A program made the position numbers and the translations under genes. The notes beneath the pieces were generated by a model. That model did not search any database, had not been told where the DNA came from, and saw nothing but the letters and a program-made list of their open reading frames with translations. 64,000 nt of DNA from Cetorhinus maximus (lineage: Eukaryota): positions 67,022,001-67,086,000 of the forward strand of contig NC_135882.1 in NCBI RefSeq assembly GCF_964194155.1. Reading direction: 5' to 3'. Below are positions 49,061 through 62,820 of this stretch, piece by piece; positions within the stretch are counted from its first letter, which is position 1, and each line of letters begins with the position of its first letter.

Positions 49061-52000
49061 AGAGAGCCTCACTTTAAATTTTAGCTAAAAATATTGGGAC
49101 ACATCTGCTTCCATTAAACATGGCTCTTTCCCACTGCACAGTCCCTGAGGTTTGCAGTGGCGGGCTTCATTTGTGTTCCAGGGATCCTTAACAGGACACT
49201 TAATACCTCCTGTCGCAGGAAAATAGGTTAAAGTCCAGGCGGGGTCAGGCCAGCAGGTAGAAACCCCCATCCAAACTATTCCCTGGTAATACAATTGCCC
49301 TTTCTATCCATTTCTAAAGCTATAGGAGCGAAATAACAGAAATAGTGAATGGAGGATGTGGAATAAACACTCAATTTATGTATTAAAACTGCCAGAGTAC
49401 TAATCTTTGCATTCTTTAACACAATTAAGGTATGGTTGGCATGACCAGAAACAGCATTGTGGCCTATTGCATTCTCAAGGCAAAGCTTGAAGGACTTTTA
49501 TTCTCTTCTACATATTCTTTTCTTGTTGCAGAAGATTTGAAGGGGACGCTTCTTGTGGGGCATACAAAGAGGTTATATTGTTAGGTATAAGTGTTGAAAG
49601 ATAAGCATTGCCACCTAAAACTACATGCATTCTGCATGCGATTGAACTTGCTTCAGTAAGAATATGCAGTAGCCACACAAACTGTCTGAGTGCTTATCAG
49701 TTTCTAACATCTGGGTGTCTTGTGTGCACATTCAGGAGAAGGCTGATTGCAACAATCTCTAGCAGATGTATCCTGGTGGGAGTTTTGAAGGAGCTGATCC
49801 AAGCTAAGGAGATGCCTCTCAGTATTTTTGGCTCAGAATCTGAAGGGGAGGCACAAGATATGAGACTGTTAAATATTATTAAAATGAAGTCTTGCTATTC
49901 AGTGTGGTGAAAACACAATTGTAGTATAGTTCTGCTAGATGTGACCCCAGACATATTTTTCTATAAAACGGCCTTGAATAGTCAAAAGTGGTGGTAGAAC
50001 ATACTTTGAGTTCTCCTTTAACACTACTCCTTAACAATGTGGAAAATCAGATTGGGTCTTGAATTAAATAAAACGTTCTGAGACTTTAAGCTCTCTTCCT
50101 TATAAGCGGGAATTGATGTGCGAGCAATGGCTATTTACTGTCTGATATTAATGGAGCAATAAGCTGAATGACCAATCCAGAGTTTGATCCCAGGAGTCAT
50201 GTTTAATCCCCATGTCTGATTGTCCTGAAATATATTACTTTTAAATTCACTTCAATTGCCCTGGTACAGTCATAACAATTATAGAATTTAGATGAGAAAT
50301 AGACAAGAATCAAAGGAAAACAAAAAGATAAGGATAAACATAAAACTGTAAATGTAAGAATAAAACCATGGCCCCTTTAATGGCTAACTGGATAAATGTA
50401 TCATGAGGTGCGGTGATGAAGTAGACTGGAATGGCTCCTTTCACCCTGAAGAATGACCTGTCCCTTATTGCATCCAATTTTCTTCCCACTTCTCCAGAAA
50501 CCATTGACTAATGTTGGAGCTTGCTTCCATGAGCTGTCATAGCTCTCCCAAAGTAGCTACTCTTCATGATTTAGTTCCCATATACTTCCCTTTATTCATA
50601 GGTACAATTACTTTGAAATTGTTCCTTTATTTAAATTGATTAAGAAGTATCTTTCAAGTGAAGATATAGATTAGTATGGAGCAGGGGAATCTAAGCTTTT
50701 GTTTTATGTGCTGGATAGGCAAATCAGTCAAATCAGTGGAGCCTCAGGGCCACAAAAGTTTAAATTCATGATTTCATTAATTTGCAAATATCTCCAGCTG
50801 CTGAAAAACTGCTTTCCTGATTTAGGATTTATCCAATACTGAGACAATAGAGCTAAAGCATCCCCTGTCGAACTCTCTGAGCCTGAAAAATTCAGACAGA
50901 GCAACACAGCAAACACGAACAATTACCAGAAATAGGATTGAGTTTCTTGGGTTTTGAAAGCTGGATTGCCTGGGGCTAGATGTTGGACACCTTGGTTTGG
51001 ATGATGGAAAATTATTGTTTTGCAGAGGGTTGGCTTATTTGGAAATTTCTGCCAGCAATCCTCCCCCTGGATTGATAAAAAGCTCCCTGGCAACGTTGAA
51101 GTTTTATGGCATGATGCCAAATGTGTAATGTGGAGATACCAAGGGAGTGAATTAAGCAAGTGTTTTTGTCTTTCATTTAAATAGATGTTCTGTAATTTAA
51201 TCATGAAGTTGTGTTGTGTGTAAGTTTGCATTATTGGTCAGAATTTGTTCCATGGCAAAAATGTTCTTTAGTTTATTGTAGTGACTACTTGTGCCAACAA
51301 TATTGTTTACTAAGAATTGTATAATTATGTACATTGGCTATTGAGGAATAGAACCTAAAGAATAAAGTCAAACTCTTAAAGCCAGTGAGGAAAAAGAGAG
51401 TGACTTAATCTGGAAATAAATAAAAAATGATGGAAAAGAACACCCAAGAGAATATAATGTAGCAAAGTAAAGCAGGAAACATTTTGACCAAACTATGAAT
51501 GATAAAAACCTGCAAAGGCTTTGGGAAACAGAATTACAGAATCTGGGTTGCCATAACTTTCACTTTTACTACCCAAACTAAATGCATTTCCTATTGCCTG
51601 GTCAAAATTTCGCATCTTTAGTGCTTTGTTAAATTTGTTCAGGAGACATTGCTTCTTTGCCTCTAATATTAAATTAGTTTCCTTACATGTGTCCAGTCTT
51701 GGTAATTGTGATATTCAGGTGGCCCGGGCTTTTTTACTTAAATTTCTGTATATTGTTCAATAGCTCACCAGTTAAAATCACCCATAAGTATTTTTTTCAT
51801 TCCAGTACTGACATTTTGTTTTCCAATATAATTCTTTTTCTACATGAAGCCAATGATTCATTTTGGAATTTTAGTTCCACAGGCACTGGCAGTGCCTCAC
51901 CAAATGACAATTCTTCATGCGTGAGTTCACCCTAGAAACTGGGTATTGGCAGGTTGATTAAATCTAGGGACATCACAACCAAGCCAATTCTGTGCTTCAA

Positions 52001-52964
52001 CCACTTAAACTAAGCTGGGGTCAGTATCCTGGTGATTTGTATAACTATAGCTGTAAAGAATGCTTTAAACTAGAAGCTGGGGCTGGGGGCAGGGGAAAGA
52101 AGGGAAATTTAGAAATCTAAAGAGAAAAGTCAAGGCAATACAACAGTGTAGCAATTTTGGGTAAAGTCAGGCAGAGTGGGAGAGGGAGGGAGAGATAATT
52201 TAAAGGTAATAGTGCATAACCAAATGAAACCCATGCAAAGAATAGTTGTAATAAAGAATTAAAGGCTTTTTATCCGAATGTGCAAAGTATTCGTAATAAT
52301 ATGGATGAACTAGCAGCGTAAATTGGGATAAATGGTTAGATCTAATCACCATTGCAAAGATATGGTTACAAGGTGACCAATGTTTGGAAGCCTGTAAAAA
52401 TAATATAAAATTATGTACATGGATCCATTTTCTTACGTTTTTTTTATCCAGAGAATCTTTATTCTATGAATGCAAAGTTGAGGAAAAAGGGGCAGTGGCC
52501 CATGGTGCCAGGTCACTTTGGATTAGCCAGGATTTCCAGGGCTTCCTCAAGGGAAGCAAAATATCCATACCTGCAAAGGTAGAGGTTAATGGCTGCCATA
52601 CACATGAGTGTGAGGCAACATTCCTGCTCCCATCATTTTCTTGATTGAGAATCAGAGAGAAAAAGCAGGGAAGACCAGAGGACACATGGTAAATGTCTTT
52701 GTTCTTCAAGGGGCAGATGAAGAAAAACATTCAACAGAAAGAAAGGGTGGAAGAAGGTTGAAGAAATAGGGTGGAGCATGGCTGTGGAATGCTTTGCAAA
52801 TGAAGAGATGCATGTGCTCAGGGACAGAAGCCAGTGGAGGCTGGCAACGCAATGGGCGATAGAAGTGTAGGAGGAATGTATCACAATTGTGGAAGAGCTG
52901 AAAAATAAACTGGAAGTCAGGACACCAGCAAGGATGTATTGGAGAAGTTAGGCCTTGAGATTAC

Positions 52965-54560
52965 AAACAACTTATACTTATATAGTACCTTTAAACATGA
53001 AGGGTGATCCCAAAGTACATTGTAGAGTTTTAACCTTAAAAAAAGATATCTATCGTTAGAGAATTTAAAGGGGGTGACCCAAAGTTTGCTGAAAGAATGG
53101 ATTTTAAGGGAAGTCTCAAAAGAGGTAAAGATGATGGCGAGGTAAAAGTTTTATGGAGAGAATTCTGGCACATAAAGGCATGCCTGGAGGTAGAAATTAA
53201 ACACAAATTTGAGAATTTTAAATTTGAGACACTAAAGGACAGGGAGCCAATTTAGTTCAGCCATACATGGGAATGGGACTTGATGTGGGTTGGATATGGG
53301 CTGCAGAGATTTTAATAAGTTTGAGGTTTGCATATAATGAACAGTGGGAGGCTAGCCAGGAGAGCATTTAATTAGTTAAGCCTAGACATACCAAAGGTTT
53401 GGATGAATGTTCCAGTGGCAGTTGTAGGTGGTCGATGTTATGAAATGAAAATAAGCAGTTTTAATAGACTCATAGATATTTTCAGCACAGAAGGAGGCCA
53501 TTCAGCCCAACATGTCCACGCTGGTCAACAAAGATCTGACTACACTAATCCCATTTTCCAGCACTTGGCTGGAAATGGAGAGGATTTTAGGTCAGAACTT
53601 CATTTGGGGGTGATTAGGAAGTTGAGGTTACAAACAGCCTGGGGAACGGAATTAAGTTGTTGGTAAAAGTGCAACATTTGTGACAAGTTAAAACGACGGC
53701 TTTAGTTTTCTCAATATTTAGTAGGAGCTCATTTAGCACTGGATGTCAGAGCAGCAGTTTGTCAACACAGAGCAGTAGCAGTAGAGGGCTTGAGAGAGGT
53801 GCAGCCATGGTAGAGCTGGATGTCATTAGCTGCATCTGAAATTAATTTAATGTCTACCAATGATGTTGTTGAAGGGCAACATGTAGTTGAGGAAGAGTAG
53901 GGGGGCAAGGAGGGATACCTCATTGACTCTGGAGGCTATGGTACAGTACAATGCCTGAGAAGAGGGAATCATTTACTATGTCAGCGAGAAAGAGCATCAA
54001 GAGGGAAAGTTGGGTGGTCAGCAATTTAGTGTGAATAGAATCAAGGGAGTAGTAGGTGCATGTAATAAATGAAATTAGTTCAAAGAGAAAATGAGGGAGT
54101 TGGGGGAAAACAAGAGAGACAGAGCTTAAGGCTAAGGCAGCAGAGGTTTACAAGAGGTCGAACTTGATGGGTAATAGGAAGAAAGGAAGAAAATAAGGCA
54201 AATAAATGCATGGTCTCAATTGTTATGATAAAGAAGTCCAGGAGCACGTTGCACCTAGTGAAGCAGGGAGATGGGTTAGAGGAGAAGCTTAGTAGTGGAG
54301 ATAAGAAGTCAAAGCCATTTTTGCTCTCCAAAAACAGTGGGTGATTTTGACAGAAGTTTGAAGCTCAATGCAGGAACTAACTGAATGCTGAGGTTGTGGA
54401 CGATTGGGTTCAATTTGAGAGAGCAGCTAGGAAATGGGCTGGGATTGGTGACTAAAGTTTCTGATGGCAGCTAAAGAAGATGGCTCTAGTTTTTCTACCA
54501 TTAAACCAGAGAAAGTCCTGCCTCACCCATTCCTTAATTTTGGGCAGTCAGTTGGACAGG
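52965..54560 (-). mobile_element. Old L2-like LINE remnant with a CR1 tail inserted near 53465-53570
   Basis: Starts acaacttatacttatatagtacctttaa (reverse L2-type tail); purine-rich degenerate body. Confidence 0.5.
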
Positions 54561-54754
54561 ATATCCATCCAACACTCAGATACTGGATAGGTGGTATGCA
54601 TTAGAAATGTACTTTGCCTTTCTTAGCTATTATTTGTCTGAATTCTCGTGGCCCATGCATAAGCCAAGCAAGATCTTGTGCTAGGAAACAAAAGTGTAAT
54701 GGTAATATTAATGGACTAGTAAACCAGTGGCTGGACTAATGCTTTGGAGACATG

Positions 54755-56382
54755 AGGCAGAACTTTCACCAGAAGTGCAGGCAGGCGTGCCTGCAATTTC
54801 TGTGTACTATCGAATGTACTATTGCCAAGTTTGCAGATCACACAAAAATAGGCGGGAAGGTAAGTGGTGAGGATGACACAAAGAGTCTACAAAGGGATAT
54901 AGACAGGTTAAATGAGTGGGCAAAAACTTGGCAAATGGAATATAATTTGGGAAAATGTGAGGCTATGTACTTCAGCAGGAAAAATAGAGGAGCTGAATAT
55001 TATTTAAATGGAGAAAGACTGCAGAAAGCTACAGCACAGAGGGATTTGGGAGTCCTTGTGCATGAATCACAAAAAGCTAGCATACAAGTTCAGCAAGTGA
55101 TTGAGAAGGCAATTGGAATGTTGGCCTTTATTTCAAAGGGAATGGGGTATAAAAATAGGGAAGTCTTGCTAAAACTATACAAAGCACTAGTTAGACCACA
55201 CCTAGAATACTGTGAACAGCTTCGGTCCCCTTATCTAAGGAAAGATATACTGGCATTGGAGGCAGTCCAGAGAAGGTTCACTAGGTTGATCCCAGGTATG
55301 GAGGTTTTTTTCTTATGAGGAGAGTTTGAGTGGGCTGGGCCTGTACTCATTGGACTTTAGAAGAATTAGAGGCGACCTTATTGAAACATATAAGATTCTT
55401 AGGGGACTTGACAGGGTAGATGCTGAGAGGTTGTTTCCCCTTGTGGGGAGAGTCTAGGACCAGAGCGCATAATCTTAGAGTAAGGAGTCACCCATTTAAG
55501 TCAGAGATGATTAGGAATTTGTTCTCTCAGAGGATAGTGAATCTGTGGAACTCTTTATCACAGAGGGCTGTAGAGGCTGGGTTGTTAACTATGCTCAAGG
55601 CTGAGATAGACAGCGTTTTAACCAATAAGGGAATCAAGGGTTATGGGGAAAGGGCAGGAAAGTGGAGTTGAGGATTATAAGATCAGCCATGATCTCATTG
55701 AATGGCGGAGCAGACTCGATGGGCCAAATGGCTTACTTCTGCTCTTGCGTCTTATGGCCTTATGGTCTCTACTGGCCAACAGGCTGGTTTTCCAGCCTGT
55801 TCCCACCTTCGTCCTATTTTCAGGGAGGCAACTTCTGGGGGTGTCAGCTACCTGCTTGCCAGCGGCGGCTAACTATTCAGGAAAGTTAAAGTCCCATTTG
55901 AAGGCACTCTTCACAAGCCATGGCAGACTGGAGAGTGGAGGTGGGGGCTGTCCAGAGCTACATCCTGCAGAGCATGGATCCACTGAACTGCGAGGGCTAC
56001 AGCCGTGGCCACAGGTCACCCTGTGGAGGGGATCCCCCTCTGCATTGAAGGCCTGGCAATTTGGCCACAGTACATTTTGGACCATTTAGAAGTCTTCAGA
56101 GGGCACCTCCATCTTGAGGCATCCTCACAGTTTCCCACCCACAGTGGCAGCACCTCCCCTTCCCAGTGGGGCTGTCAGCCGCTTAGAGCCTCGGGCCCAC
56201 CCAATATCCCTCCTGGCTGTGGAGCCTGTCTGCAACCCTTAACTGAATGGAATACTTGGAGGCAACTCTTTAATTGGCAGCCTCCTGGAAAACCCCCAGG
56301 ACCTGCCATGACCCCCTCCGAGTTTCCGACCCTGTATTCAGCCCTGCATCAGGATCCGGACCCTGGAACTAAAATTCAGCTC
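54755..56382. mobile_element. Harbinger-type MITE containing a CR1 insertion
   Basis: ATG|AGGCAGAACTTT ... AAAATTCAGCTC|ATG. Confidence 0.7.
54807..55768 (+). mobile_element. CR1 LINE 3' end (relatively young)
   Basis: IAKFADHTKIGG...LYKALVRPHLEYC...ALEAVQRRFTRLIPGM; tail gatgggccaaatggcttacttctgctc...ttatggccttatgg. Confidence 0.93.
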
Positions 56383-56699
56383 ATGCTGTTCAATTCCTAT
56401 CATGGTGGCTGAAGAAATTCAAATTCAATTAATGAATAAATCTGTAATAAAAAGCTAATCCCAGTAATGGTGATCATGAAACTACCAGACTGTCATAAAG
56501 ACCCACCTAGTTCACTAATATCCTTCAGGGACGGAAATCTGATGTCCTTACCTGGTCTGGCCTACATGTGACTCCAGACCCACAGCAGTTCTTAACTGCC
56601 TTCTGGAATGGCCTGGCAAGCTACTCAGTTGTATCAAACCACAAAAGAAAAATTGAAGAAGAATAAAACCAGATGGACCACACACAATCAATGAAACTC

Positions 56700-59600
56700 A
56701 CAACTGCTCAGATACAGAAGCAGCCTGTGCCTGTGTGCTTCATACTCGAAGCAGAGTTTGCATTTCAAACTTATCTTATGCAGAGGCCTTATTCCTCTTG
56801 CAGAGAGGTCCATTTAGACCCTGACCATCACATTTGCCTTCTAACTAGGCCAAACATGGAGAGATGCACCCTCTGGTGAGGAGGAGGAGGAGGAGGAGAG
56901 TGAGAGGAAGAAGAGCACATTGAGAGGTCCAGGATGCACTGATGGTGCATGAGGGTGGCAGAGCTGCGCCAGACCCAGAGGGTGATGAGGCCACCATGAG
57001 TCCCCATAGAGGCACAGAAAGGCTTATGCAGCCCCTCGAGTATATAGGCAGAGACTGAACTATCTTCAGATGTCTGAGACACAATGCCAGAGGGGGCTCA
57101 GGCTCTCAAGAGACACAGTCACATCTCTTTGTGACATGCTGGCAGGGGAGGTCTCGCCCAACTGTGTTGTGGGTCACTCAATGCCTGTATGTACCCCCGA
57201 TGTCAAGTTCACTATTGTGCTCAACTTCTCTACAGCTGGGTCCTTTCAGGCAGCTTGTGGAGACCTCAGTGGCATTACTCAGCCTGCTGACTGCATCAAG
57301 GTCTTCACTGATGCTGTGTTCAGAAGGGCAGGAAATTACATCCCTTTCACAATGGACAGCCTGAGTCAAGGTGAAAGAGCCAGAGGGTTTGCGGCAACTG
57401 TAGGTTTCCCCCAGGCATGGGGAGCCATTGACTGAACACACATCACCATATAGGCTCCAGCTGGCCAGCCCTGCACCTTCATCATCAGGAAGAGCTTCCA
57501 CTCATTGAACATCCAACTGGCCTTTGACCGTCACCGATGGAGAATACAGGTATGTGTGAGGTACCCAAGCAGCAGCCGCGACTCATTCACTCTGCGAAAC
57601 TCACAAGTGCCAGACCTATTCAGCGGCCCTGATGCCCTGGATGGATGGCTTCTGGGTGACAAGGGTTACCCCTGAAGAGATGGCTTATGAGGGCACCCAG
57701 AACAGATGTGGAGAGGAGTTGCAGTGACAGCCACAGAAGCACCAGGGTCAGCATTGAGCAGACAGTTGGCTATTGAAAATGAGGCTCCGATGTCTTGACA
57801 GATCAGGAGAGGCATTGCAGTACGCTCCATCACTGTGTCCCTCATGGTTGTACTATGCTGCGCCCTCTATAACCTTGCTATTCAGAGAGGGGATGCCCTT
57901 AGGGAAGAGGGGACTCAAGATAGGGACCATTCATCTGAGGTTGAGGGAGAAGACGAGGCAAGGGAGCACTCTTACATTCAGGTAGAAGGCCCTGGACATG
58001 ATCACATGGCTGGCCGTGGCTCAAGGAATGCCTTGAGAAAGCAGAGGTTCAAATAGGTTGTGAAATCGCGGCCTCAGAGACGGGTGAACAGTATGTGTCC
58101 AAACGTCATTCCATGTGGAATGTTTGAATCATGTCACCGTCCTGTCAGCACACTTACTGTGTCCACTTATTGACATTCTGTGCATGCTGGCCCCCCCCCA
58201 CAAATCATTATAGCTGATGCCAATCTACTGGAAGAAGTTCAACAGCAATAACATGGACAGTGAGGTTAGGGTTTATTACATAATCATGCTAAGACATTTC
58301 ATGAACAAGCAGAATCAACTTAGTTATGTGACCCACTTGGTGACTACTGTGGAGTTTTTTTTAAAGCATTTCCTAGTGCTCCAGCACAGTGCTCCTCCCT
58401 CACTTGCTGCTGCACTGCAGAGAGACTGCTGATCTGCTACTCCCTTTGTCCGCGATGACTTTGGCGGGTGTCCTCTGTGTGGCTGAGGCTTTGAGGGCTC
58501 CACCACACGAGAAGACTCCTCCTGAGCGGCAGGATGAGCTTCTGGTTGAGGACTGTGTCAATAGCGGTTGGACTGAGGACATGCTGCCACTGTCAGAGGT
58601 GCCCTGAGAGGTACTTCCAGATGGCGGCAGCAGCTGCTGATCCATTTGGCCCTCCTGCCTTCTCATGAGGTTTCAGGAGCTGGCTCGGTGCCCAGACTCC
58701 CAGCCCTGGCTCTGAGCTTACCCACAATTGCTCTGCAATATGCTCGGTTTGCCCCTCCAGGAAAGTTGCCAGTCTGTCGATGGATGAAGCTTGGCGTTCC
58801 AAAGATTGGGTGATTGCGGTGCACGTGGCCTGGATGGACACTTCCACTGTCCAGGCCAGAGCATGCAACTCCTCTGGTATATCCAGCAAATCTCCACGCA
58901 TCTCACACTGGACATCCAGCATCTGCCACCTTACAGAAGACTCCAGAGGCTCATCATCCGATTTGGAATTATCCCTGGGTCACCTTGCACACTCCTCTGA
59001 CTGCCTGAGGCCTGCTCCGCCACACTGTCCGGCAGCTGCACGGGTGACTGTGAAACGTCCTCCCCAGATGGTGAACTGCCCTTGTCCCGAAGTCTAATCC
59101 CTGCCGTGGTACTATTGTCTGCACTGGTGCTTGGGCCAGGGAGAGGATGTGATGATGCTCCCTTTGAAGCTTTGCCCTCATTCCCTGAGGGAAATGACGG
59201 GCTGGCATCGACATTCTGGTCCGTGGAAGAGGCTTTACCTGCTCAAGGGAGATAGAAGAAAGGTCACAATGCGCAGCAACATTACAGTCATGTGCAACAT
59301 GAGATATGACATGATGCAAACACTTGCAGTAACATCAAAAGCTTTCAACTAGGAAGCTTCCCTGTCTCTTAGCACCAGGATGAGATTTTTAACATTCACT
59401 GAATCCTGCCAAGCATCAATCCACTTCTCACTTGCCCTATCCCCCTTTGTCCTGGTTTCAGCCATTTGCTCTCTCACTAGACCCATGCCTTCCTCCAATT
59501 GATCGATCTAGAGGATTCAGCTGAGGAGAGCAGGAGAACCTCCTCTCTGTACAGTGTTAGTATCGCAGGCTCAGGGACACCACCCCCAGTTCTGCCTCTC

Positions 59601-60150
59601 TCCCTGAGCAGGCTTCTTCTGAATATCGATGTAACATTGCAATGGCTAACACTGTTAGGGTAATTGACGTCTTCCTGCCAAGACGCTGTCACAAGCCTCC
59701 AGCATTCGCGATGTTAACCTGTAGCTTCCTGGCGCAATAATACACAGACTGAGGACTTACTCACACTGGCCGACCTAAGGAAGTAATTAAGTCTCTTCTG
59801 GCATTGCATCCAAGTGCGATGTACTAGCCGAATGCTGTTGACCTCTGTTCCAACCTCCTCCCAGGCTGCACACCTCACCAAGGGAGTTCTCCCCTTCTTG
59901 TCAGCTGGCATTAGTTGTTCCTGTCTGGTGGACATAACCCGGAGGAGGGCACACAGAGATTCGTCAACAGATCTTGGGTCTGCTTTGGCCCTTCCCCCCG
60001 CCTCTCCCCTCGCTCACTTGCCTCAGCCAAATATGGAGAGAAACATGCTATAACTAGACAACTCCTCTATGTTCAGGCCTGGAAGACATGTTCATGTTCA
60101 AATTGAATGTCACCTGTGATTGGTGGCAAAGAAAAACTTATGCTGTGGAT
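56700..60150 (+). mobile_element. Degenerate Harbinger element (transposase on + at ~56860-58056; Myb/SANT remnants on - at ~58330-60050)
   Basis: MSETQCQRGLRLSRDTV...GFPQAWGAID*TH, WLLGDKGYP, LKMRLRCLDRSGEALQY; minus strand AAWEEVGTEVNSIRLVHRTWMQCQKRLNYFL|gtaagt. Confidence 0.85.
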
Positions 60151-60570
60151 GTTTTGGAGAAAAATTGAACAGATTCACAATTACCTGAAAAGCCTGCAAA
60201 TATTTCCAGTTGAAAAATGCTCCAGATCTGTGTTGAATGAACATATTTTCTGGGCCACCTGACAGTGCCCTATGCCAGATGGCCCTTTAAATGATTGGCT
60301 GTGAACTCCTTCTGGGTCACGGCCAACGACCTTGGATGCTGGACATCCGACCCTCCAGCACTGATTGGATGGAATCCTCACTGCCCTGGGGCCTCTAGGC
60401 CAGGAAACCCGCCCTCTGGTCCCAATTTTCCGAATTGCCATTTTGTACAGCGTACTTGGTCCACGGGGCCAGGAGCCTGAAGGCCATCCATTTCTGGGTG
60501 TGTGTGCCGCCCACCGTGCTGGAGCATATTATTCAGCTCCGCCATGAATGAATATTTAAAAAAAGCATAT

Positions 60571-61271
60571 GGGCTGAATTTTCCCCCCATTGGGGAGGAG
60601 GTTGATGGGCAGGCGCGCTTCCAATCGGCACCCCCGGTGGCATTTTACGTGGGCGGGCCAATTAAGGCCTGCCCAGCACGACGTCCACACGGAAGCATTA
60701 TGTGCTCCCTGTGCGGGCGGGGTGGGGGGGGGGGGGGAAATCCCAAAATCAGGAGTGCGCTCTTCCACGCATGCGCACGAAAGAGCGCACTCATCCCCCT
60801 GAGGCTACGTGCAGCCTCAGGGAGATCGGCTCAAAATGTTAAAAACCTAAAAATAGAAATGTAAAATTTCCCTAACATGTCCCCTCATGTGACAATGTTA
60901 CAATGAGTTGGGACATGTCTATAATTTTCCCAAAAATTTTTATTAAACTTTTTTAAAAAGCTACATGAAACCTCATCCCGTGTGTGGATGAGGTTTCATG
61001 CTTTTTCTAGTTCGCGCCGGGGCTCCTGGCCTGCCCGCCAACCTTAAGGTTGGATGGGCAGGTCCTTTAATTATTTAATTGACTCTGTCAATGGCCTCAA
61101 TTGGCCATTCACAGGTCGGCGGGTGCACAGCTGATTTTGCTGCGCCCCCGCCTTCCTGAAAATTTAAATGGGGTGCAGTGACATTGGGAGTTCCGCCAAT
61201 GTCACTGCGCGTCATTTTACGTGTCGGCGAGCGGGCCCCACCCCTGCTCGTCGATGCTTAAAATTCTACCC
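60571..61271. mobile_element. Harbinger-derived MITE with exact TAT TSD
   Basis: TAT|GGGCTGAATTTT ... AAAATTCTACCC|TAT; colinear with 23625-24270; perfect 15-bp hairpin at 60964-61000. Confidence 0.9.
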
Positions 61272-61779
61272 TATAGATAATATAGATAGATCTGCAGCTA
61301 TGTAATCAGCTGCCAGTGCTAAGTTGTTTTGGCTGTAGGAGAACACCCGCTATTAAGCTGTTAGGTCCAAAGACCAGCTGGGACTTTCTTCACTCTGAGG
61401 AGGTCTTAGTTCCCGACATGAAAATTTTGACATTATTTTTGAGTTCAATGCACTCAGAAACTATCAGCGATCATTTGACATCAAATGTTCTAATTTGGAA
61501 TGAGTTTGAGCGCAGATCTTTGACATCAAATGGCAAAAGACGCTCGATGGCATCGAGTGCGCTCAAAGCTATCCAGTGCACTCAAAGTTATCCAATACGC
61601 TCAGCAACCTGCATTGAAAAATACAAGGAAATTACTTTAAAAATATCTGAATTTATTCAGTTTTTTCATTTTGACCAAAAAACCTTTCCACCATACAGTA
61701 CATTCCTGAGAGCACCCACTAGTTCCACTTCAGTTCTTAATTCATTTTAGTCTCAGGGTCTATACTTATCAGTGACACA

Positions 61780-62820
61780 TGCCCCAATCTCAGGAGCTAA
61801 ACTCTCCCCACTTCCAGTGTCTCAGGGTCTAAAATCTTCCCTCAATATCCTCTCCCTCTAGTCTCCAAACTCTCCCCCCTCCAAATTCTTCTCCCCACCC
61901 TGCTCTCCAAAATCTTTAACCCCCTCTCCCTCCAGTCTCCAAAGTCTTACACCTGCCTCCATCCAATCTTTTTCTTCACCCGCCCGCCCCCACCCCCCCA
62001 CCCCACCCAAGCCCCCAGACTCGAGGCCTTAGGTCCCACTGTCGCTGCCATGCTGCAGGCCCTGGGCCCCATCGAAATCCAGGCCTCTGGCCCCCACAAA
62101 ATTCGGACATCCAGGCCACCCCTGACTCTCTCTTATACTTATCTCATCCCAAAATACTTATCTCATTGCTGGCGCTATCGCTACTCCCACATCGGCTCAA
62201 AACTGTATCAGCGCTAGTCTCATCGCCACTTCTGGTTTTGGCTGGCTCTGAGCTCTGGTTGGTGGAAGAGGAAAGGGAAGGGTGCCAAAGATGAAAGGTA
62301 GGGAAGAGTGGGGGAAAGAGAAGAAAGAGGGAAGGGGTAAAGAGAGGTATGAGGGGGAAGAGAGAAGGGGTAAAGAGAAGGGTGAGGGAGAAAGATAAGG
62401 GTAAGGAGGAAAGAGAGGGCTAATGGGGAAGGAGAGGGAAAGGGAGAAAGAGAAAGGGATGAGGAGAGGGGGTGGAGTGGAAGAAGGAAGGGGGAGAGTG
62501 GGAGAAGAAGGGGGGGAGAGAGAGAGGGGAAGAGGACCGCTGCAATTTGGGGGTGTTGGGGTTTCGGGGGCAGAAAGGTGGTTGGTGGCCAGAGAGAATT
62601 GATCAGGGGAGTGTTGGGGTGAGAAAATTGCTCGGGGGATTGGTGGGGGGAGAAAATTGCTCAGGGGGTGGCGGGGGAGAAAATTGCTTGGGGGGTGGTG
62701 GGGGAAAACATTTGCCCGGGAACGGGGAGAGAGATAGGGGGTGGGGGGAGGAAACTGCTGGAATTTTTGGGGAATGGGTGGGTGCGTTGGTTGTGCGATG
62801 GGGATGAGGTGGGATGTGGC
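61780..62820. repeat. Low-complexity block: C-rich 61780-62100, GA-rich 62260-62540, short G-rich tandem repeats (ggggagaaaattgct) 62600-62780
   Basis: Direct inspection of base composition and 4-5 degenerate units. Confidence 0.8.

Larger units (their letters stand above)
54690..56700 (+). mobile_element. tRNA-derived SINE-like element split by a MITE (pieces 54690-54754 and 56383-56700)
   Basis: Head gtgtaatggtaatattaatggactagtaaaccag...ggagacatg resumes as gttcaattcctatcatgg...ttcactaatatccttcagggacggaaatct. Confidence 0.75.
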
